Of a DNA stretch of 64,000 bases, positions 11,712 through 24,160 are shown piece by piece; the first letter of the stretch is position 1, and the number at the start of each line of letters is the position of its first letter. The position numbers and the translations under genes are program-made. The DNA lies in the NCBI GenBank assembly GCA_964016885.1, contig OZ024743.1, positions 164,672,001 to 164,736,000 on the forward strand, written 5' to 3'. The notes below the pieces were generated by a model. It saw nothing but the letters and a program-made list of their open reading frames with translations. It made no database searches and had not been told where the DNA came from. The stretch is from Eledone cirrhosa (lineage: Eukaryota).

Positions 11712-13400
11712 AATTCCATATATGGTCAAAGTGATTGTCAAAAATCAGTAGTAATTCTGTGGTTGCAAATTAGTAGGGGAGATGGTGGCTAAACCTGCCA
11801 GTAGGAGAAAGAGGGGAGGGGGTGGAGTAGACCCAATCCAGCGTTGGTAGTGCCAGCTACAGCTGGGCATGAGGTCAAAGAAGATACAGGGGAGGGGGAG
11901 GGGGAGGAAGTCGGAACGGTAGGTAGAACAATGGGGGGTAGAAATAGGAAAGAAAAAAAAAAAATACTGAGAGTGAAGAAAAGCAAATAAGTGTAAAGAA
12001 AAAGTAAAGTAAAATAAATTCTACGACCTAGGTGTCAGGCTATTGTTAGGCGAGAATAAAAAAGAAAGAAAGAAGTAAATAAATAAATAAATAAATAAAT
12101 AAGGAAATAAGTAAGAGAACTAGGTGGGACGGATAAGGCAAGGACCCTTTTAAGAGGTATAAGTACGTAAATGATACGGTGACGGGTCAACAAAAGAGGC
12201 CAAAATACTAAAGAGACTACCACGAAATAAACAATAAAAGTTTCCATCCCGGGCCAGCAACGACCCAGTGCAGCAAAGTGAACTTGTACGAGATAATAAT
12301 TCTGAGTCCCGAGAAAAATATATACTAATGCTAACTCTAAAAGATCTAAAACAAGCTACATGGAAGTTCGTACGAAATAAAGGTAGAATACGGAGAAATA
12401 AATTCAGAATCCACCCCGCCCAGAGGAAAAGCGAAGCAAGAAATACTGAAACGAAAAAATAAGGCATAAGTGCCACTAAGAAATATAGAGGGCACAGAGA
12501 ATAGTGGGAGCGGTCGGAAAAAGGGGGAAAGTATCCGGGGTCTAAGCCAACTGCTATAAAGGGCGGAGTCCGCCAAATCTATCAAAGACTAGGGGAGGGG
12601 GGGGGGGTACTAAGGCTACATGGGGCCAAAGGGCAGCCTCGGGTGGGCGAGAAAAGACGCCGACAAAGGAGAAGAGCTGGGGTAGAAGGACAAAGGAGAG
12701 AGGGGGGAAGGAAATAAAGGAAGCGATAAAAGAATACAAAGAAGATCTAACGTCTTCCTTGGCAAGCAGGGGTTACCCATTGCAAAATCGGCAACTGGGG
12801 TGTTATAGCCCTAGTCTACCCCCCCGGGTCATTATGGGGTTTGAGGGCGAGGTAAGTCCTACGCAATCTATGTTTACATGCAGTAACCAGTTCATCTTTC
12901 TTGACACTACATCTTTTGTTGACCCGTCACCGTATCATTTACGTACTTATACCTCTTAAAAGGGTCCTTGCCTTATTCGTCCCACCTAGTTCTCTTACTT
13001 ATTTCCTTATTTATTTATTTATTTATTTATTTACTTCTTTCTTTCTTTTTTATTCTCGCCTAACAATAGCCTGACACCTAGGTCGTAGAATTTATTTTAC
13101 TTTACTTTTTCTTTACACTTATTTGCTTTTCTTCACTCTCAGTATTTTTTTTTTTCTTTCCTATTTCTACCCCCCATTGTTCTACCTACCGTTCCGACTT
13201 CCCCCCCTCCCCCTCCCCCTCCCCTGTATCTTCTTTGACCTCATGCCCAGCTGTAGCTCGCACTACCAACGCTGGATTGGGTCTACTCCACCCCTCCCCT
13301 CTTTCTCCTACTGGCAGGTTTAGCCACCATCTCCCCTACTAATTTGCAACCACAGAATTACTACTGATTTTTGACAATCACTTTGACCATATATGGAATT

Positions 13401-13494
13401 ACCCCTTGAGAAGATCGGCTATTTAAATACCAGGATAAATTTTCATTTAGTCCAGAATTAGCCGTCGAAACGGCTTGAGCTCAGCTGTCGGGGT
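13401..13494 (+). ncRNA. Hammerhead ribozyme, U3-A8 variant
   Basis: ACCCC/GGGGU stem I, UUGAGAA, stem II GA.CGGCUA/UAGCCG.UC, GAAA, near-palindromic stem III ACGGCUUGAGCUCAGCUGU, GUC site. Confidence 0.78.
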
Positions 13495-13585
13495 CTTACT
13501 GGTTCCTATTACCCACTCTACTACCTCAAGTATTGAGTACTTTGGTGCGTTATGGTCCACCTGGTTCCTTACCACATTTCCTTCG

Positions 13586-13619
<34 letters not shown>

Positions 13620-13623
<4 letters not shown>

Positions 13624-14912
13624 GGAAAAAATTAAACGAAATTTCATTTCCCACACTTAGTACGGCTGTTACTTAAATATAAGTATGTACAGGTACATAC
13701 ATATATGTATACAGACGTACAGTAGTATGTATATATATATACATACATGCACACATATATATATGTACGTATTGATTCACCGAACATTTATTATAATGCT
13801 CGGTGTGTTTGTAAACAAACATCCCGTATTAAACCGTAGTGTCTAGCAACCATCGTTGCTCGTTTGTTCAACACTGACAAAGGAACGCTGTACTAGTTTC
13901 AAGCTTATTAGCTATCGTCAGCAACGTATACCTTCCTGCCAGATTGTTGAACGTACATACTTACCTTATGCATATTAACGCTGAGTAGCCCAATTTGCAT
14001 ATCGAGTGGGTTAATCGGCCGGGTGCACCGAAAACGATAAACGGAAAAAATGAAACGAAATTTCATTTCCTACTCTTAGTACGGCTGTTACTTAAATATA
14101 AGTATGTACACGTACATACATATATGTATACAGACGTACAGTAGTATGTATATATATATACATATATGCACACATATATATATGTACGTATGGATTCACC
14201 GAACATTTATTATAATGCTCGGTGCGTTTGTAAACAAACATCTTGTATTAAGCCGTAGTGTCTAGCAACCACCGTTGTTCGTTTGTTCAACACTGACAAA
14301 GGAACGCTGTACTAGTTTCAAGCTTATTAGCTATCGTCAGCAACGTATACTTTCCTGCCAGATTGTTGAACGTATATACTTACCTTATGCATATTAACGG
14401 CTGAGTAGCCCAATTAGCATATCGAGTGGGTTGATCGGCCGGGTGCACCGAAAACGATAAACGGAAAAAATGAATTTCGTTTCATTATCGTTTTAGGTAC
14501 ACCCGGCCGATTAACTCACTCGATATGCAAATTGGGCTACTCAGCCGTTAATATGCATAAGGAAAGTATATACTTTCGGACGTTCAACCATCTGGCAGAA
14601 AGGTATACGTTGCTGACGATAGCTAACAAGCTTGAAACTAGTACAGCGTTCCTTTGTCAGTGTTGAACAAACGAGCAACGGTGGTTGCTAGACACTACGG
14701 CTTAATACGGGATGTTTGTTTACAAACACACCGAGCATTATAATAAATGTTTGGTGAATCCATACGTACATATATATGTGTGCATGTATGTATATATACA
14801 TACATACTACTGTACGTCTGTATACATATATGTATGTACGTATACATACTTATATTTAAGTAAGAGCCGTACTAAGAGTGGGAAATGAAATTTCTTTTCA
14901 TTTTTTCCGTTT
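13620..14912. repeat. Family A non-coding unit array: two ~420-bp tandem copies plus one inverted copy
   Basis: Unit starts near 13620, 14039 and 14459; 14475-14912 is a reverse-complement unit; TA tracts on both sides. Confidence 0.9.
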
Positions 14913-14983
14913 ATATATGATAGATATATATATATACATATATATATATATATGATATGTAAATATATATGATATATATATAT

Positions 14984-16086
14984 CCAAAATTAAATCAAGG
15001 GTTGTCATGTCTGAGAGACATGCGCTATATCTACTGTAGAATAAGCTCAAAGATTCCAATGAATAGATCCGAGCGTTTCATATCAACTAGAAATAGATTT
15101 ACATATATATATATAAAATAAATACATGGAACAATCACAGGGAATAATTTGTAAAGAATGTAAGCACACATAGCTAGGTAGGTAACTAATTAAAGTTTAA
15201 CTAGAACTTCAAATATAGATACGTTTTAAAATGATTAATCTCCTTTGTATATATTTCTTTAAGTAAGAAATATATTTCACCAATTAATCAGTAGATCACA
15301 GCAGTCAAATCCTGGATGGCCACAAAAGGAGAAGAAATAACTATCTGCGTTTACAAAGCAAATACAAATCTGTGAATGACTCGAACCACGTGTTGCATTT
15401 TTCAAAAAATACTCACAACGCACAGCGTCATCCCAGTGGCGTGAATAGGATTATCGCCAGCTAGAAATAGCAGCCGAGTCCATTTAACTGAATTAGCTCA
15501 ACAATCAATGGGCCGTATATATAACCAAAATTAAATTAAGGGTTGTCATGATAACCGTATATATATATCCAAAGGGGCAGTATATATATCCCAAATTAAA
15601 TTAAGGGTTGTCATGACAACCCTTAATTTAATTTTGGATATATATACGGCCCCTTGAATGTTGAGCTAATTCAGTTGAATGGACTCAGCTGCTATTTCTA
15701 GCTGTCGGTAATCCTATTCACGCCACTGGGATGACGCTGTGCGATGTGTGTATTTTTTGAAAAATGCAACACGAGGTTCGAGTCATTCACAGATTTGTAT
15801 TTGCTTTGTAAACGCAGATAGTTATTTCTTCTCCTTTTGTGACCATCCAGGATTTGACTGCTGTGATCTACTGATTAATTGGTGAAATATATTTCTTACT
15901 TAAAGAAATATATACAAAGGAGATTAATCATTTTAAAAGGTATCTATATTTGAAGTTCTAGTTAAACTTTAATTACCTACCTACCTAGCTATGTGTGCTT
16001 ACATTCTTTACAAATTATTCCCTGAGATTGTTTCATGTGTTTATTTTATATATATATATATGTGTCAATCTACTTCTAGTTGATAT
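14984..16086. repeat. Family C non-coding unit (~541 bp) with short tandem restarts and fold-back inversion
   Basis: CCAAAATTAAAT.AAGGGTTGTCATG at 14984, 15525 and about 15590; perfect palindrome centred on TCATGA 15611-15616; a further inverted fragment at 16575-17135. Confidence 0.85.
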
Positions 16087-16406
16087 ATTGATATATATAT
16101 TTAATACAATAACAGAGATAGTTTAAAGCTAAACTCTGACTGGTAACCATCTCACTCAACAAACATTAGGTTATATTAAAATATAAACCCAATTTAAGTG
16201 TTTGGGGTGCTAACAATATGTATAATGTGGAAAAACCAGTTGTATTATTTTATGAGATGTAATTAAAGTTAAAGTATATATATTTTTATATATATTTATG
16301 TTTATATATATATATTTATATATATTTATTTATATTTATATTTTTATATATATTTATGTTTATATATATATATTTTTATATATATTTATGTTTATATATT
16401 TATATA

Positions 16407-16470
<64 letters not shown>

Positions 16471-16691
16471 TAGAAGGGGTATTTAATTTGTTTGAAAGTC
16501 CAACAAATATAAATGTTTGTAACTGATTTAGAGCACTTAACAGTTTACTGGAGTAAATATTCAATGATATTAAATATATTTGAAGTTCTAGTTAAACTTT
16601 AATTAGTTACCTACCTAGCTATGTGTGCTTACATTCTTTACAAATTATGTCCTGTGATTGTTTCATGTATTTATCTTATATATATATATGT

Positions 16692-17100
16692 GGCTCTAAG
16701 CCAGCAGAGTCATAACGACCAGGCTGCTCCTTGACAGTGTAATTAGGGGCTCTAACCCTAGTGCTGTTAGATCGACTCTCCATATTTCTTTTCAATGGCT
16801 GACAATACCTTACCGGCGCCACTCGAATAAGGTAGTTATTTAACCCATAAATGGAGCCCTAACAGGTACTACCACCCCGGGCCAGGGCAGACCTGGGAGT
16901 CATGACAACTAAGGGGTAACTCCATATTCCCCACATCTCCTGAACTCCCGAACTGGAAGAGGAAGACCAAGGTTAACATATGTTGATGCCCTAAGGACAG
17001 ACACTGGTCTGTTGGAGACGCAGGACATGGCAGCGATAATGAGGGACAGAGACCGCTGGAGAGAACTCGTCCATGGATCTCGGGAATTTTACCCGCCTTA
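16692..17100 (+). mobile_element. Chimeric insertion ending in the RTE LINE 3' terminus
   Basis: 16952-17100 matches 28276-28425. It interrupts a family C fragment at its internal TA tract (16575-16690 resumes at about 17110). Confidence 0.75.
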
Positions 17101-17137
17101 GATAGATATATATGTCAATCTATTTCTAGTTGATATG

Positions 17138-17220
<83 letters not shown>

Positions 17221-17227
<7 letters not shown>

Positions 17228-18210
17228 GAGTTATTAACTCATAGAGATACCCTGCAATTAATATGCTCAAAGTATAAATACTGAGCAATATAATATTAAT
17301 CCCACCGAGGTTGACTTTGCCTTTCATCCTTACGGGGTCGATAGAATAAAGTACCAGTAATGCACTGGATAATTGCTGGCCTTGTGCCTAAAGTAGAAAC
17401 AATTATAATATTAATATGTGTAGAAGTAAACACAGTAAACCCATGTCTAAAATTACGAGGGTAGATTACACCACAAATGTTATATATAATTCAACCTGAA
17501 TCATATGGGATGTTACAAGATTTCTTATAAGATTTCTCATACATACCATATCAATAACCATTTCATCTCCCGGACAGACTAAAGATTTAATCTGTTTCAC
17601 CCTGAATAAATTGTGGTTGTAACAAGTAATCCGTAGGCATTTCGTCAGCGAGAGATAAGATTAAATGATAGACCACACCTATAACGAGAAACTCACTAAA
17701 GTTTACACCTCGTCCGTTGAAAGTCATATGCGGTGCGAGTGATTATGCTAGAAATAATAGCCTATTTACACTCATTGTTATAAGCTCAACAGAGAAGGAG
17801 CCGAAATACAAATAAAATATAGAGTTATTAACTCATATAGATACCTTGCAATTAAAAAGCTCAAAGTATAAATACTGAGCATTATAATATTAATCCCACC
17901 GAGGTTGACTTTGCCTTTCATCCTTATGGGTCGATAAAATAAAGTACCAGTAATGCACTGGGTAATTGCTGGCCTTGTGCCTCAAGTAGAAACAATTATA
18001 ATATTAATGAGTAGAAGTAAACACAGTAAATCCCGTGTCTAAAATTACGAGGGTAGATTACACCACAAATGTTATATATAATTTATAAGAAATCTTGTAA
18101 CATCCCATATGATTCAGGTTAAATTATATATAACTTTTGTGGTGTAATCTACTCTCGTAATTTTAGACACGAGGTTTACTGTGTTTACTTCTACACATAT
18201 TAATATTATA
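17221..18210. repeat. Family D non-coding unit (~595 bp), 1.4 tandem copies plus short inversion, carrying a SINE fragment
   Basis: AAATATAGAGTTATTAACTC at 17221 and about 17815; SINE piece at 17291-17402 and 17895-17993; 18085-18210 is inverted. Confidence 0.85.
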
Positions 18211-18424
18211 TATATATATATAGTATTAAGGATACTATTTATGGTTATGTATATACTAAAATCTTTTATAGTTATATATATTTTATACCCTAAATAGTGA
18301 AAGACAGTAATTTATTACTATCTTATTACCAGTAAGATAAATAGCTCAATGTAACAACATCAGTTGTTTTACAGAGCAGTTATATAGAAATTACATGAAT
18401 CAAAGTTCAGTTTAAATCATTTAT

Positions 18425-18473
18425 TTGCTTACAATTGTTTCTTCCAAACCGAGTTTTGGCGTCTTCGGAGCAA
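18425..18473 (-). ncRNA. Hammerhead-like motif with CCGAAGA core
   Basis: Reverse complement of 21012-21060. Confidence 0.65.
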
Positions 18474-21011
18474 TTATTTAGTGATTTTTTACATACTTGA
18501 CCTCCTTTTCAACACAAGAGACAGTTAGAAACATATGTATATATTGACCCACAGTGGGTTGACATCCATTATAATAATATAGCATGGCAATTTACATACA
18601 AAGATTACAGTCATATTAAAGGACAAAATTAAAGTTAAAATTAAAATTAAAATAAAAAATTGGCAGTTTAAGAAGATAAAGCAAGAGGAAAGTTTGGAGT
18701 AGCCAGTGTATGCAACAGTCTCACGTGAGGCATGCACGCGTGTCCTATTTATACAAGATTATAGTGCGGCAGATTGTTACATGTAAAACAAGCAGTCAAA
18801 GCAGGCAATCAAGAGCATCATGGGGGATGTACTGGTAAAGCATTTTTCACACACACCTGTACGATATAGAAGCCCGTGTGTAGAGAAACACCAAAAATAT
18901 CAAAAATATTACAAATGAGAAGCAAAACAGCACCACTGTCTTCGCACACACCACCACTCTCACAACCCAGGAAACGCAATTTATAGACTACATGTCCATC
19001 ACACAATCCACGATGATTCAACATTGGGTGCCTGGTGAACCATGTTAGAAATCACAGCTTGTCGTTCTCTATTCGATTCTATAGATCAGGTTGTTTTTGT
19101 TGTGAGAGTTAACATCGTATTATATTCCGGAAGTGTGTGTGTGATTAAGGGGAGTTAATGCGTAAGGGGAGGTAACTAGCTGATTTTTATAGTTAAATTT
19201 ATTATCCTAAAGTACATTAATGGTGTTTCAAATGAGTTCCTATCATATAAGGTTATAAACAATTTCTAAATTTAAGTATCTTATCTATAAATTACAGTGT
19301 AGTCTATCAAGAAGTACTAAAGGTGTTCATATTAGGATGATTACCTTCTATCATAGAGTGCCACAACCGAACATTCTACATGAAGAGTCAGATCTCCAAA
19401 TCAATGATCTTTGTAAGTGTAGTCCACCCGCAGAACCTGGCAGGGTCTTATTAGAATCACTTCTATATATGATTCCTGGTAAGCTCTGGGTCATTGCATG
19501 TCTGATTGCATGACAAAGTTAAATATCACTAGGGTAGTCCAGAGATCAATTCTCACCTACAAAGACACTAATCTGACCATCAAGCCATACATGTATTTAT
19601 AACTCATACATCACCTGTACATAATTCATTGCACTCAGCATATAGATTATATAGCTCTTTTATGTTAATAAATTAATTACTTAATCTTCCATTTATCCAA
19701 TGACGGCACTCCATACACAGGACAATGTTAGCACAACCAATTCCGTGCTTAAAGTTTACATTAATTATATATTGGTGTAATGTAGTCCAAGTAATTGAAG
19801 GCCAATATACCAAAAGTAGAAGTTCATGGGGATATCTCTAGGGTAAAATGTACTAGGAGGATGTCACTATTTGCGTTAAAGTGGATTAATGGGTGTGGAG
19901 AAGGTGTGCCCGTGATGTTTGTTGCTAGATGTGGTGACGGGTTCAAGTCTGACATTGTTATATATTGGGTTTAAAGTTTTGGAAGGAGTGTCGGAAGCGG
20001 TGTTGGCAAGACGCGAACACTTCTGATTTTTTATTAAGGAGGTTATGGTTTGAGAAGATGATAGTATGGGTCTCTAGTAGAGAGAGGTTACAAAATTTAT
20101 TAGGTGGTTTGTACGATGTTGCATTACCTATCACTTCCCATTTAAGTGTATATGGTTTATTTTTAGTTTTTAGATAGTGTATGTAGCTAGATAGTGAAAT
20201 GGAGTTGGCTAGACTGTGTTTTTTGAAAGAGTGGAGGTGCGAATTGTATCTGGTTTTGAAGCAGTTAGAAGTAGAGCCGATATTGGTTTCAGAAGAGTTG
20301 CTAGTTGTGACTGTGCATGAGTATATGATATCCTTGATTAACTCTCACAACAAAAACAACCTGCTCTATAGAATCGAATAGACAACGACAAGCTGTGATT
20401 TCTAACATGGTTCACCAGGCACCCAATGTTGAATCATCGTGGATTGTGTGATGGACATGTAGTCTATAAATTGCGTTTCCTGGATTGTGAGAGTGGTGGT
20501 GTGTACGAGGACAGTGGTGCTGTTTTGCTTCTCATTTGTAATATTTTTGATATTTTTGGTGTTTCTCTACACACGGGCTTCTATATCGTACAGGTGTGTG
20601 TGAAAAATGCTTTACCAGTACATCCCCCATGATGCTCTTGATTACCTGCTTTGACTGCTTGTTTTACATGTAACAATCTGCCGCACTATAATCTTGTATA
20701 AATAGGACACGCGTGCATGCCTCACGTGAGACTGTTGCATACACTGGCTACTCCAAACTTTCCTCTTGCTTTATCTTCTTAAACTGCCAATTTTTTATTT
20801 TAATTTTAATTTTAATTTTAATTTTAATTTTAATTTTAATTTTAATTTTAACTTTAATTTTGTCCTTTAATATGACTAATCTTTGTATGTAAATTGCCAT
20901 GCTATATTATTATAATGGATGTCAACCCACTGTGGGTCAATATATACATATGTTTCTATATGTCTCTTGTGTTGAAAAGGAGGTCAAATATGTAAAAAAA
21001 TTACTAAATAA

Positions 21012-21060
21012 TTGCTCCGAAGACGCCAAAACTCGGTTTGGAAGAAACAATTGTAAGCAA
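21012..21060 (+). ncRNA. Hammerhead-like motif with U4C core (CCGAAGA)
   Basis: UUGCU/AGCAA stem I, CCAAA/UUUGG stem II, GAAA, palindromic A-CAAUUG-U, UA site. Confidence 0.65.
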
Positions 21061-21226
21061 ATAAATGATTTAAACTGAACTTTGATTCATGTAATTTCTA
21101 TATATATATATATATATATATTATTATATATGATATATATATTACTCTTTTACACTTTTACTCTTTTAGCTGTTCCAGCCATCTGGCTGAGGCCATGCTG
21201 GGGCACCGCCCTTGTTGCTACACATT

Positions 21227-24160
21227 TTATCTCCAGCCTGTATTGGTTGGCCACTGGTGTAAGAGGGAGTTTGTTGCTGCTGCCCTTAGGTTTCCCTCGT
21301 GCCTTGCTGTGGGCTCATCCGGGATCCTGGATAGCAATGTGTCCAGATGTTTCTTGAAGACATCCACCTCCACACCATGCAGATCTCTCAGATCCCTCGG
21401 CAGCTTGTTGAAGAGTTGAGGGCCCTTGAATCCCAGGCTATTGCAATATCTGCTCCTTATTCTAGATGTGGAAGACGGGACCTTTGTAACCACACAGTGA
21501 CGTCCTGTTCGACGGTTGGTCCGGCTCCCAATGCCAAAATTTGGTGCTAGTCCCTCCAGGATTTTCCACATGTAGATCATTGCGTATCGCTCCCGTCTTC
21601 GTTCCAAGGAGTAGAGGTTCAGTTCTTTTAGCCTCTTCCAGTAGCTTATCTCCTTCATCGTGGCAATCCTCTTGGTGTAGCTTCGCTGGATTGCCTCAAG
21701 CTCCGTGGTTAGTTTAGCACTATGGGGTGACCACAACTGGGAGCAATAGTCCAGGCGGCTTAGGACAAATGTCCTCCATAGTGTCAACATGGTGTCTCGG
21801 TCTCTTGTCCGGAAAGTCCTCAAGATCTAGCCAGCGAGTCGTCTGCACATTGTCGCCACTTTCATGATGTGTAAGGAAAAAGATGCATCATCGCTCATGT
21901 CTATACCCAGGTCTCGTATCGATTTGGAACGGGGATATCGGTCCCTCCTGGTCTTGCGTAACTGTGTTGTACTGTACTTGTGTTTGCAGGTTTGTATTGT
22001 AGGGCTTGGAATTTGCCAGCATTAAACTGCATGTTGTTTTCTTCTGCCCATTTGTATATGGCATCCAGATCTTGTTGTAAAAGGGCAGCGTCAGCCGGGT
22101 TTTTGATTGCCTGTGCTACCTTAGTGTCATCAGCATAGCTAGTGAGGGATGTTATTGTATGTACTACAGACGACATGTCTGAGAGAGCCACCAAAAACAG
22201 TAGTGGTCCCAGGACTGTCCCTTGGGGCACCCCAATTGTTATTGATGTTTCCTTTGAGAGGGCCCCGTTGCGACTGCTTGGCTTCTGTCCTTTAAGAAGT
22301 CATGCAGCCACTCACCTACTTTTCCAGTTATGCCGAGTCCGTGTAGTTTGTGACATATCATTCCGTGGTCGACCTTCGCAAAGTCAAGATATATCACGTC
22401 CACATGTGAGCTGTCTAGTAGTTGTTTCAGTACCCAGTCGTAGTGATTTAGCAGCTGTGTAAGGCAGCTTCTTCCTGGGCGGAAGCCATGCTGCGTGCTA
22501 GTCAGGCGGTCATTTTCCTCGAGGAAAGTGATCAGTTTTATTTCTGATGACTCGCTCCATGACCTTACTGATATGCGACGTCAGGTAGCTGGCCTATAGT
22601 TTTTGGCCTCCGCTCTGCTACCTCCTTTATGGATAGGGCATATTGTGCCTTCTTTCAGCTCCCTGGGTAGTATACCGCTAGACAAGGAGCTTCTGAAGAG
22701 CATCTTCAGTGGAGTTGCTAAGGCCCGCTTACATTTTTTTAAAGAGGACTGCTGGGAATCCATCAGGTCCAGCAGCTGAGTCTGTTCTAATTTCATCTAT
22801 GGCGTATACCACATCCTCCTCCTTTATGTCTATGTGGTTGATGGTCACCATTTCTTCATGTAGTGTTGTGGCATCAAAGAACTCCTCTGGCTTTGTTATT
22901 TGCACGTACCTCAGTGGACATGTGAACACACTTTTGTACCGTTCGTTCAGTATTTCACATATCTCTTGGGGATTCTCGGTTAATGAACCGTCTGTATGGA
23001 AGAGTGGCCCAATGTTGCAGTGTACCGTGGCAGTTACTTTTGCAAATTTAAAGAAGGCCTTAGGGCTTGTTTTAATGTTTTCTATGGCCCTGATTTCTTT
23101 CTTTGCCCTCTCATTTTCATGGGAAAGTTTGAGTGCAATCTCGGTGTCAAGTAGTGCACATTTCAAATAGGATTCCTTCTTGTTTTTGTTTTTGTTTTCT
23201 TGTTGTGCATTCAACTGGTTTGAGAGCTTGGTTCTACGTCTCACAAGGATTTTCCTATCTCTGGGAATAAGATTTTTGTGTCTGTTTGCCTTTTTCTCCG
23301 GGACAAACTTCTTGCATATAGTGTGTATCGTTGTCATGAAGTGTTGAAATTGTGTGTTGGTGTCTTGTGTGGCAGTCTTTTCGCTCCATGTTTGCTTCCG
23401 GATTTCTCTCTTGATCTTTTTCCAGTTAGCCTTGTAGAAGTTAAAGCTGGATAACGTCCCGGTGCTTCTTGATGGTTTTGTCTCTGTTGGTTCTCTCAGA
23501 CCACATATCATTACTTCTACTAAGTTATGATCCGAGAAAATTGTTGCTGTCACCTTTACATTGTGGACGAGCACTTCGTTGTTTGTAAAACAGAGGTCCA
23601 GGACATTTTCGTCATGAAAAGCCTGTGTGTGAGGGCCAGCAGAAATTTCGTCTGTCTCTGTTCTATTGACGTCATTCCAGGGAGGAGGTGGTCCTCAGGC
23701 CATTTGACCCTTTGCAGGTTGAATTCTCTCAGCAGTAGAATGTTGAGACCCTGGTCCAGTTTGTCAAGGACCTCTTCTATCCTACTGAGGGTATCCTCAA
23801 ATTTACCCTCATGACTGGGGGCATCGGGCAGCCGATATGTGACACATATTACTGTCTGTAGTTGCTTCATATGTACTATCAGTGTGTCACAGACTGAGTT
23901 TGAATGTGTCAACAGTACAATTGGTGTGACATCTTCACGGATATACAGAGTAACCCCACCACGAGTTCTCTCCTTCCTGTCCGAACGAAATACAGTATAT
24001 TTCGGTATATGTATTTCTGCATCTGCTATACTGCTTGTCAGGTGCGTTTCGGTTAGTGCCATGCATAGTGCTTGATTGCTTATGGCTAAGTCTCCCAGGT
24101 AGGAAATTTTACTCATGTTAGTGAGTTTCACCAGGCCTCTGACATTTAGCAGCAGCACTG
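21227..24160 (-). pseudogene. LINE ORF2 (AP endonuclease plus reverse transcriptase), broken into at least 5 ORF pieces
   Basis: ORFs 23556-24227, 22729-23574, 22581-22796, 21901-22230 and 21227-21823 carry the motifs in the expected order. Confidence 0.9.

Larger units (their letters stand above)
11605..13590 (-). mobile_element. 5'-truncated PLE with inverted 3' duplication
   Basis: 11605-12199 is an inverted repeat of 12915-13507. Minus strand near 12800-12905 encodes KKDELVTACKHRLRRTY.., matching the C-terminus of family X ORFs. Confidence 0.8.
18383..21098 (-). mobile_element. 5'-truncated family-X-type PLE with inverted 3' duplication
   Basis: Minus strand 19960-20337 encodes IIYSCTV..NIGSTSNCFKTRYNSH..LKWEVI..LLNKKSE..CQHRF. 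18383-19110 is inverted at 20340-21098. Confidence 0.88.

Noticed and set aside
15461-15473. GCTAGAAATAGCA identical to part of the Cas9 sgRNA scaffold
   Set aside because: Only about 13 nt, flanks do not match, and variants in related units show it is an endogenous repeat motif.
16744-16762. CTAACCCTA resembling a telomerase RNA template
   Set aside because: It lies in a TE-tailed insertion, pairs locally with TAGGG, and no pseudoknot or H/ACA context was identified.
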